Positions 17,602 through 25,160 of a stretch of 30,968 nucleotides of DNA are shown here, piece by piece (position 1 is the stretch's first letter; every line of letters begins with the position of its first letter). This DNA comes from an uncultured Comamonadaceae bacterium. GTDB taxonomy: Bacteria > Pseudomonadota > Gammaproteobacteria > Burkholderiales > Burkholderiaceae_C. A program made the position numbers and the translations under genes. Under the pieces are notes generated by a model. It ran no database searches, was not told the DNA's origin, and saw nothing but the letters and a program-made list of their open reading frames with translations. The stretch spans positions 1-30,968 of the forward strand of contig CALMOI010000224.1 in the NCBI GenBank assembly GCA_937871735.1, given 5' to 3'.

Positions 17602-18564
17602 ATGGCTTTTGATACTCCCACCCCTATTTCCGCCACCGCAGCGACACCCAACGCCACGCCGCCCGCCCCAAGCTGGGCGATGCGGCTGCGCATGACGCGC
17701 CCCGGCTTCTTGGCTGTGACCGCTGCGGCCTGTGCGCTGGGGCTGGCCAGCGCCGCCTTGCACGCGCCGCTCAAGCTGCCGCAGGCGCTGCTCACCGTGG
17801 TGCTGGCGCTGGTGGCGCACGCGGGCGCGAATGTGCTCAACGACTACCACGACGCCCGCAACGGAGCCGACGCGGCCAACCACAGCGGCTTGTTTCCGTT
17901 CTCAGGCGGTTCGCGTTTGATTCAAAACGGTGCGGTCAGCGTGGACGACACCGGGCGCTGGGCCGCATGGCTGTTGTTGGGGCTGATCCCGGCGGGCCTG
18001 CTGCTGGCCGCGTGGAGCGGCGCTGGTTTGGTGCTGATCGGCGCAGCGGGTTTGTTTTTGGGCTGGGCGTATTCAGCGCCGCCGCTGGTGTTGATGTCGC
18101 GTGGCTTGGGCGAGCTGGCGGTGGCCGGTGCGTGGTGGTTGGTGGTGCTGGGCACGGATTACGTGCAACGCGGCGCGTTCGCCCAGATGCCCGCGCTGCT
18201 GGCGGTGAGCTACGCCTTGCTGATCGCCAACATCTTGCTGATCAACGGTGTACCCGATGCGCCCGCCGATGCCAGCGTTGGCAAACGCACGCTGGTGGTG
18301 CGACTGGGTGCCCGTGGCACGGCACTCTTGTACCTGCTGCTGGCGCTGCTGGCCCACGGTGGGCTGGCGTTGATGGCGTTGGGGCAAACCGTCCCGCACG
18401 GTGCGCTGTGGGGACTGCTGACGCTGCCGCTCTCGCTGACAGCGGCACTGCTGCTGTGGCAGCGCACGTCAACCCCGACCCGCCTGCGCCCCGCCATCGG
18501 GCTGAGCATTGCCGCAGCCGTGTTGCACGGGCTGCTGACGGGCGCGGGGCTGGTCTGGGGCTGA
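17602..18564 (+). CDS. UbiA-superfamily prenyltransferase, MenA-like
   Basis: TRPGFL, NVLNDYHDARNGAD, SGGSRLIQ.G and NGVPDAPADASVGKRTL Asp-rich motifs; multiple TM helices. Confidence 0.87.
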   Translation: MAFDTPTPISATAATPNATPPAPSWAMRLRMTRPGFLAVTAAACALGLASAALHAPLKLPQALLTVVLALVAHAGANVLNDYHDARNGADAANHSGLFPFSGGSRLIQNGAVSVDDTGRWAAWLLLGLIPAGLLLAAWSGAGLVLIGAAGLFLGWAYSAPPLVLMSRGLGELAVAGAWWLVVLGTDYVQRGAFAQMPALLAVSYALLIANILLINGVPDAPADASVGKRTLVVRLGARGTALLYLLLALLAHGGLALMALGQTVPHGALWGLLTLPLSLTAALLLWQRTSTPTRLRPAIGLSIAAAVLHGLLTGAGLVWG

Positions 18565-18570
18565 ACTAAA

Positions 18571-19764
18571 TTAGCCTGCGGCGCGCTTGGACAGAATCTC
18601 GAACGCAGGCAGGGTTTTGCCTTCCAGCACTTCCAAGAAAGCGCCGCCGCCGGTGGAGATGTAGCCCACATCTTTTTCGATGCCGTACTTGGCAATCGCG
18701 GCCAAGGTGTCGCCGCCGCCTGCGATGCTGAAAGCGTCGGACTCGGCAATCGCCATCGCGATGGTTTTGGTGCCGTTTTCAAAGGCGGGGAACTCGAACA
18801 CGCCGACCGGGCCGTTCCAGACGATGGTGCCCGCCAGCTTGAGCTGGGCGGCCAGCTTGGTGGCAGTTTGCGGGCCGATGTCCAAAATCAGGTCATCGTC
18901 AGCCACATCAGCGGCGGCTTTGATGGTGGCAACCGCGTCGGCGCTGAAGGTCTTGGCCGTCACCACGTCGGTGGGAATCGGCACTTCTGCACCACGGGCC
19001 TTCATGGCATCGATCACGGCGCGGGCATCGGCCAGCAAGTCGGGTTCGGCCAAGCTTTTGCCAATGTTCAGGCCCGCCGCCAGCATGAAGGTGTTGGCAA
19101 TGCCGCCGCCCACAATCAGCTGATCCACGTTCTTGGCCAAGGCTTGCAAGATGGTGAGCTTGGAGCTGACTTTGGAGCCGCCCACAATCGCGACCAGCGG
19201 GCGCTTCGGGTTGGCCAGCGCCTTGGTGATGGCGTCAATTTCTGCCGACAGCAACGGGCCCGCGCAGGCGATGGGCGCGTATTGGGCGATGCCGTAGGTG
19301 GTGCCTTCAGCGCGGTGGGCGGTGCCAAAAGCGTCATGCACAAAGATGTCGCACAGCGCGGCCAGCTTGCGGGCCAGTTCTTCTTTGTTCTTCTTTTCGC
19401 CCTTGTTGACGCGGCAGTTTTCCAGCAGCACGACTTGGCCGGGAGCGACATCAACGCCATCAACCCAGTTGGAGACCAGCGGCACGTCGCGGCCCAGCAA
19501 CTCGGACAGGCGCTTGGCGACGGGGGCCAGCGAGTCTTCAGGCTTGAATTCGCCTTCGGTGGGGCGGCCCAAGTGGCTGGTGACCATCACGGCGGCTCCG
19601 GCGTCCAGCGCCATTTGAATGCAAGGCACCGAAGCGCGCACGCGGGTGTCTTCGGTGATGTTGCCAGCGTCGTCTTGCGGCACGTTCAAGTCAGCACGGA
19701 TGAAGACGCGCTGGCCAGCAGCCTTGCCTTGGGCGCACAAATCGGAAAAACGGATGACGTTCAT
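18571..19764 (-). CDS. pgk: Phosphoglycerate kinase
   Basis: [42 protein letters not shown] and [10 protein letters not shown] motifs; start ATG 19764 (MNVIRF). Confidence 0.97.
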   Translation of the reverse strand: MNVIRFSDLCAQGKAAGQRVFIRADLNVPQDDAGNITEDTRVRASVPCIQMALDAGAAVMVTSHLGRPTEGEFKPEDSLAPVAKRLSELLGRDVPLVSNWVDGVDVAPGQVVLLENCRVNKGEKKNKEELARKLAALCDIFVHDAFGTAHRAEGTTYGIAQYAPIACAGPLLSAEIDAITKALANPKRPLVAIVGGSKVSSKLTILQALAKNVDQLIVGGGIANTFMLAAGLNIGKSLAEPDLLADARAVIDAMKARGAEVPIPTDVVTAKTFSADAVATIKAAADVADDDLILDIGPQTATKLAAQLKLAGTIVWNGPVGVFEFPAFENGTKTIAMAIAESDAFSIAGGGDTLAAIAKYGIEKDVGYISTGGGAFLEVLEGKTLPAFEILSKRAAG

Positions 19765-19891
19765 GGTGTTTGAGAAATGGATGTGAAAAATGGGGCCGCC
19801 CCAAGGATAGGGGAACTTTGAGGCTGAGCCGACCCATTTTAAAAGCCGGAACTGAGGCCGCCTTGACACAGCGCAGGCCCGCCTCGCGCGC

Positions 19892-20245
19892 TCACCAGCC
19901 CCAGCCTACATGCAGCGGCAAGTACACCGCCATGCCGATCACGATAGTGCCCAGCACCGCCTGCCCGGCACCGCGCCGCCAAAAGTAGAACGCCGCACCG
20001 GCCATTGCCGCGTAAATGCGCGCATCCTGCCAAGTGCTGATGAACTGGCCTTGGCTGACCACGATTTCGGGCACGATCACCGCTGACAGCGCGGCAATCG
20101 GCGCGTACTGCAAACCGCGTTGCGCCCAGTCCGGCAATTGCCACGGCTGGCTCGATATGAAGAAAAACGAACGGGTGATGACGGTGATCACCGCCAGCCC
20201 GACGATCACGCCCAGCGTCCACCAGTCGGTGCCGGGGCTGCTCAT
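19892..20245 (-). CDS. azlD: AzlD-family amino acid exporter, small subunit
   Basis: Small hydrophobic protein, [13 protein letters not shown]...[15 protein letters not shown]; ATGA overlap with azlC. Confidence 0.82.
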   Translation of the reverse strand: MSSPGTDWWTLGVIVGLAVITVITRSFFFISSQPWQLPDWAQRGLQYAPIAALSAVIVPEIVVSQGQFISTWQDARIYAAMAGAAFYFWRRGAGQAVLGTIVIGMAVYLPLHVGWGW

Positions 20246-20997
20246 GCGCGATCCTCGTCAGCGGGCGCGGAGGCCACAAACTGCGACGGCTCGGGGCGCT
20301 CCAGCATCAGGCACAAGGCGACAGCGGCAGCAATGGCGACCACGATGTTGAGCTTGAACGGCAGCGCCACAGCAGCCACCGCAGCCGCACCAGCGACGCC
20401 CGCCGACAGCCGCCGCATCGGGCTGGAGGCCAGTGAACAAGCCACGCCCACCAGCGCCAAAATCCCGGCAAAACCCAAACCCCAGTGCGTGGGCACGCTG
20501 TTGGCCAAGGCGATGCCCAGCAAACTGGCCACTTGCCAACTGGCCCAGTTCAAGAAGCCACCGCCAATCAAATAGGCCAAATGCGCTTCGCGCTCCACAG
20601 GATCGGTGGACGGATGCGGGAAGCGGCGGGTGAACAGCACATAGGTCATGTCCGCCGTTTGGTAGCCCACGATCAGCCGCTGCCACAAGGGCAGGTGCAT
20701 CAAATAAGGCCGCAGGTGCGCGCTGAACACCACAAAGCGCAGGTTGACGCAAAAGCTCGTTGCCCAAATCACCCAAACCGGGCTGCTGGCGGCGATCAGC
20801 GGCATCGAGGCCAGTTGCGAGCTGCCCGCAAACACCAGCAGCGTCATGGCCAGCGATTCAGGCACGCTCATGCCGGACTTGACCATCGCCACGCCCGTCA
20901 TCAACCCCCAAGCCGACAAGCCCGGCGCGACCCCGGAAATGTCACGCATCCCCTGCATGAATTCAGGATGCCGAACAAGGCGGCGCAGCATAGACAT
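20242..20997 (-). CDS. azlC: AzlC-family amino acid exporter, large subunit
   Basis: VFAGSSQLA and VNLRFVVFSAHL motifs; multiple TM helices. Confidence 0.87.
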   Translation of the reverse strand: MSMLRRLVRHPEFMQGMRDISGVAPGLSAWGLMTGVAMVKSGMSVPESLAMTLLVFAGSSQLASMPLIAASSPVWVIWATSFCVNLRFVVFSAHLRPYLMHLPLWQRLIVGYQTADMTYVLFTRRFPHPSTDPVEREAHLAYLIGGGFLNWASWQVASLLGIALANSVPTHWGLGFAGILALVGVACSLASSPMRRLSAGVAGAAAVAAVALPFKLNIVVAIAAAVALCLMLERPEPSQFVASAPADEDRA

Positions 20998-21026
20998 AGG
21001 TGCAGCGTGAAGTCGAAGAGCCGAAC

Positions 21027-22016
21027 TCAGTGCGCCGGGCTGGCGAACACGGCTTGCGGCGGCAAAGCAAAGCCGCGCAAGAAATCAGCCGCCGCCAGCC
21101 GCTTACCGCCGGGGCGTTGCAACTCGGTCAAGCGCAGCACGCCATCGGCACAGGCCACGCACACGCCACTGGCATCGGCTGACAGCACTTGGCCGGGCTG
21201 CGCATCAGCGGGCAAAGGTGCAGCATCGACTTCAGCACGCCAGAGCTTGATGACCTCGCCCGCACCGCCAACCAAATGGGTGCTCGCGGCGGGGAAAGGG
21301 TCAAAGGCGCGAATGCGGCGCTCGATGTGCGCCACCGGCAGCGTCCAGTCGATGGCGCTTTCGGCTTTTTCAATTTTGTGCGCGTAGGTGATGCCTTCAG
21401 TGGGCTGCGGCACCGGTTGCAATGAGCCTTCAGCGGCGTGCGCCAGCGCGGCGACGATCATGCGTCCGCCCAGCGCGGCCAGCTCGTCGTGCAGCGTGGC
21501 GGTGCTGTGCTGGGGCTGAATCGGCAGCGCTTCGACGGCCAGCATGTCGCCCGTGTCCAGGCCCACATCCATTTGCATGATGGTGATGCCGGTGAGTGCA
21601 TCGCCCGCTTCAATGGCGCGATGGATCGGAGCCGCACCACGCCAGCGCGGCAACAACGAGGCGTGGATGTTCAAGCAACCCAAGCGCGGCGCGGTCAGCG
21701 CCCACAGCGGCAAGATCAGGCCATAGGCGGCCACGACCATCACATCGGCTTGCACAGCGGCGATCACGGTTTGAGCCGCCGCCGCATCTTCGGGGTATTT
21801 GCCGTCCAGACGCAGGCTGCGCGGTTGGGCCACGGGAATGCCGTGCTCCTGCGCAAATTGCTTGACCGGCGAAGCTTGCAGCTTCATGCCGCGTCCGGCG
21901 GGGCGATCAGGTTGGGTGAGCACCAGCGCGATCTCAAAACCTGCGGCGTGCAACTGCGCCAGCGCCACACGGGCGAATTCGGGCGTGCCCGCGAAGATCA
22001 CTTTCAAGCGATTCAC
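21027..22016 (-). CDS. fmt: Methionyl-tRNA formyltransferase
   Basis: [47 protein letters not shown] and GLDTGD motifs; the GTG start overlaps the def stop (GTGA). Confidence 0.96.
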   Translation of the reverse strand: MNRLKVIFAGTPEFARVALAQLHAAGFEIALVLTQPDRPAGRGMKLQASPVKQFAQEHGIPVAQPRSLRLDGKYPEDAAAAQTVIAAVQADVMVVAAYGLILPLWALTAPRLGCLNIHASLLPRWRGAAPIHRAIEAGDALTGITIMQMDVGLDTGDMLAVEALPIQPQHSTATLHDELAALGGRMIVAALAHAAEGSLQPVPQPTEGITYAHKIEKAESAIDWTLPVAHIERRIRAFDPFPAASTHLVGGAGEVIKLWRAEVDAAPLPADAQPGQVLSADASGVCVACADGVLRLTELQRPGGKRLAAADFLRGFALPPQAVFASPAH

Positions 22017-22534
22017 CCCTGATGTTCCTTTTGTTGCTCTTTTTGCTGTTTGATTAACTTGGTCTTGATGCGGTTGCGCTTGAGCGGCGAGAGGTATTCC
22101 ACAAAGACCTTGCCCATCAAGTGATCGAGCTCGTGCTGAATGCACACGGCCAGCAGTCCCTCGGCCTCAATGGTGCGGGACTGGCCGTTTTCGTCGAGCG
22201 CCTTGACCTTCACGGCCACGGAGCGCTCCACGCCGTCATACACGCCCGGCACAGAGAGGCAACCCTCGTCGCCTCTCACGCGCTCGGGGCTGGCCCAAGT
22301 GATTTCGGGGTTGATCAGCACTTGGGGCTGGTCGTGGGTTTCGGAGACATCCAGCACCACCAAGCGCAGGTGAACGTCAACTTGTGTTGCGGCCAAACCC
22401 ACGCCCTCAGCGGCGCGCATGGTGTCTAGCATGTCGGCAATCAAGGTGCGAATGGAGTCATCCACCGTGCGCACGGGCTGGGCCACAGTGTGCAAACGGG
22501 GGTCGGGGTAGCGGAGAATCTGTAGTTGGGCCAT
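22013..22534 (-). CDS. def: Peptide deformylase
   Basis: [14 protein letters not shown] and HELDH metal-binding motifs. Confidence 0.97.
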   Translation of the reverse strand: MAQLQILRYPDPRLHTVAQPVRTVDDSIRTLIADMLDTMRAAEGVGLAATQVDVHLRLVVLDVSETHDQPQVLINPEITWASPERVRGDEGCLSVPGVYDGVERSVAVKVKALDENGQSRTIEAEGLLAVCIQHELDHLMGKVFVEYLSPLKRNRIKTKLIKQQKEQQKEHQG

Positions 22535-22708
22535 GGAATCACGTCAAAGATGTCGCTATTTTCGCCACTTTTGCCAAGTGACGTGAGCGGCCAGCCCCGG
22601 AAACCTGGCTTCACCCGAAACTTGCGCGACAAATCAGGCGCAAAATTCACCACGCTCCGCATCACGCTGATTCGCGCAGATACGCGCAGGGATTTGAGAA
22701 GAGAACCG

Positions 22709-23968
22709 ATGAAACACCTGACCACGGCACCCACCCGCTCTGGCCTCACCGCCTTGTCTGCCGCCCTGCCCTTGGTGGCTTTGATTGCCACCGCTGCGGC
22801 GAGTTGGCCTGCACGCACCGCCCACGCGCAAAACTTGGTCGTGCCCGCCACGGCAGCCAGTGCCGCTGCGCCCACCCAATCTGCTGGCGTTCCGCTCACT
22901 GAGCTGGCTCCCAACGCACCCGAGCGTTACACCGTCAAAACCGGCGACACCTTGTGGGCCATTTCCGGCGTGTTTCTGAAAAGTCCTTGGCGCTGGCCGC
23001 AGCTGTGGGGCATGAACAAAAGCCAAATCCGCAACCCGCACTGGATTTACCCCGGACAAGTGCTGGTGATTGAGCGCCGCGACGGCATGGTGCGTCTGCG
23101 TCTCGAAGGCACGGGCGACAGTAAAGCCACTAATGACACGCCACCCACCGTGCGCATTTCCCCGCGCACGCGCATCGAAAGCCTGACTGACAGCGCCATC
23201 CCCACGCTGCCGAATCACCTGATTGAGCCCTTCCTCACCGAGCCACTGGTGGTTGATGAATCGGCGCTGCTGAATGCGCCGCGCATTGTCGCCACCCAAG
23301 AGGGCCGCGTGCTGCTGAGCCGGGGCGACCGCGCTTATGCCATAGGTGCCACCAATCAGCCGCTGCTGGACAACGGCGGCACCCGTACCTCGCGTGAGTA
23401 CAGAGTGTTTCGCGAAGCGACGCCGCTGAAAGACCCCGTCACGGGGGAAATTTTGGGCTACGAAGCCCAGTACGTTGGCCAAGCGCGTTTGGTGCGCAGT
23501 CAATCAACTCAAGTCAGCACCGATGCCGATGGCAAACCGCAGACCAATGTGGTGCCCGCCACCATCGACATCATCTCGGCCAAGGAAGAAATGCGCACGG
23601 GCGACCGCCTGCAACCTGAACCCCCGCGCCAATTGCGCAGCTACACCCCGCACGCACCAGAGAACCACATTGAAGCGCGTGTGGTGTCTATTCATGGCAG
23701 CTCAGTGCGATTTGCCACGCAAAACCAAATCGTTGTGATCAACAAAGGCACTCGCGATGGCATGGAGGTCGGCCATGTGCTGGCTGTGATGTCGACCGGC
23801 CAGCAGGTGATCGACAAGGGCAGCGAAACCCGTGACGTGTTGCAACTGCCTGACGAGCGCGCAGGCTTGCTGATGGTGTTTCGCCCCTTCGAGCGCGTCT
23901 CTTACGGTTTGCTGCTGCAAGTCACCGACAGCGTGAACGTGGGTGACAAACTGATCACGCCACGCTAA
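22709..23968 (+). CDS. tsaP: Secreted LysM protein, TsaP-like (type IV pilus secretin-associated)
   Basis: Signal peptide (..AHAQ), LysM YTVKTGDTLWAIS...NPHWIYPGQ, SPWRWPQLW, C-terminal beta-rich domain; position between def and dprA matches the known tsaP synteny. Start ATG 22709. Confidence 0.75.
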   Translation: MKHLTTAPTRSGLTALSAALPLVALIATAAASWPARTAHAQNLVVPATAASAAAPTQSAGVPLTELAPNAPERYTVKTGDTLWAISGVFLKSPWRWPQLWGMNKSQIRNPHWIYPGQVLVIERRDGMVRLRLEGTGDSKATNDTPPTVRISPRTRIESLTDSAIPTLPNHLIEPFLTEPLVVDESALLNAPRIVATQEGRVLLSRGDRAYAIGATNQPLLDNGGTRTSREYRVFREATPLKDPVTGEILGYEAQYVGQARLVRSQSTQVSTDADGKPQTNVVPATIDIISAKEEMRTGDRLQPEPPRQLRSYTPHAPENHIEARVVSIHGSSVRFATQNQIVVINKGTRDGMEVGHVLAVMSTGQQVIDKGSETRDVLQLPDERAGLLMVFRPFERVSYGLLLQVTDSVNVGDKLITPR

Positions 23969-23973
23969 GTCGC

Positions 23974-25158
23974 ATGCAGCAAGACGATCTCGCAGCTTGG
24001 CTGCGACTGACGCTCACCCCCGGCGTGGGCAATGTCACCGCGCGCAAGTTGCTGGCTGCGTTTGGCCTGCCGCAAGCGGTGTTTGCTCAAACGGCCACGG
24101 CGCTGCGGCAGGTGGTGTCGGCGGCGCAAACCCAAGCACTGCAAAGCGTGCCACCCGAACTGGCCAAGTTAGCAGATGTCACTTGGCGCTGGCTGCACGA
24201 AGCTCCGACCACTGGAGTACAGCGCCACATCGTCACGCTGGGCGATGCGGACTACCCCGCCGCACTGCTGCACATGGAAGATCCGCCGCTGATGCTGTAC
24301 CTGCTCGGCCAAGTTGGCAGTGCGCAAGCGCCCCGCTTACCCCAATTGGCTGCACGCGGCTTGGCGATGGTGGGCAGCCGCAACCCCACACCGCAAGGGC
24401 AAGACCATGCACGCATGTTTGCCCGAGCCTTCAGTGCTGCCGGGTTGACGGTGGTGTCAGGCTTGGCGCTGGGCGTGGATGGCGCAGCACATCAAGGCGC
24501 TTTGGAGGGTCACGAGCACGCTGATAGCGACAACGCGCCCTTGGCCACCGTCGCCGTGGTTGGCACGGGGCTGGATCGCGTCTACCCCAAATCACACCGT
24601 GAACTGGCGCACCAAATTGCCCAACATGGCCTGCTGATCAGCGAATATGCGCTGGGCACGCCACCCTCGCCCGCCAATTTTCCCAAGCGCAACCGCATCA
24701 TCGCGGGCTTGAGTTTGGGCACCTTGGTAGTCGAGGCGGCGCTGAAATCAGGTTCGCTGATCACGGCACGCCTGGCCAGCGAACAGGGCAAAGAGGTCTT
24801 CGCTATTCCTGGCTCAATCCACGCGCCCCAGTCACGCGGGTGCCACTGGCTGATCAAGCAAGGGGCCAAACTGGTGGAGTCGGCGCAAGATGTGCTGGAA
24901 GAATTGCGCTTACCGACCACAGCAACCACCGAACCCCATGCTCCGGCAGGTTTTGTTGATGCTGACGAGGTCAACGCTGACGCCAGCGCCGATCCGCTAT
25001 TGAACGCTTTGGGCTATGACCCGGTGGGTTTGGATGCGCTGCAAGCGCGCACCGGACTGGAAACCGCTCATTTGCAAGCACGCCTGCTGGAACTGGAGTT
25101 GGATGGCTGCGTGGCCCGTTTACCGGGTGGGTTGTTCCAGCGCTGCGGCGCGGCCTGA
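23974..25158 (+). CDS. dprA: DNA processing protein DprA/Smf
   Basis: LTPGVG, MVGSR, VVSGLALGVDGAAH, FPKRNRII, SGSLITA and PGSIH motifs; C-terminal winged helix LLELELDG. Confidence 0.95.
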   Translation: MQQDDLAAWLRLTLTPGVGNVTARKLLAAFGLPQAVFAQTATALRQVVSAAQTQALQSVPPELAKLADVTWRWLHEAPTTGVQRHIVTLGDADYPAALLHMEDPPLMLYLLGQVGSAQAPRLPQLAARGLAMVGSRNPTPQGQDHARMFARAFSAAGLTVVSGLALGVDGAAHQGALEGHEHADSDNAPLATVAVVGTGLDRVYPKSHRELAHQIAQHGLLISEYALGTPPSPANFPKRNRIIAGLSLGTLVVEAALKSGSLITARLASEQGKEVFAIPGSIHAPQSRGCHWLIKQGAKLVESAQDVLEELRLPTTATTEPHAPAGFVDADEVNADASADPLLNALGYDPVGLDALQARTGLETAHLQARLLELELDGCVARLPGGLFQRCGAA

Positions 25159-25160
25159 CA

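Noticed and set aside
22539-22586. TCACGTCA/TGACGTGA inverted repeat that could occlude the def ribosome-binding region
   Set aside because: The 32-nt loop is long, and a -10-like GAAAAT between the arms suggests the distal arm may not be transcribed.
22622-22643. CRP-S competence site
   Set aside because: The half-sites are TGCGC with a 10-nt spacer, not TGCGA-N6-TCGCA. It is kept only as a generic palindrome.
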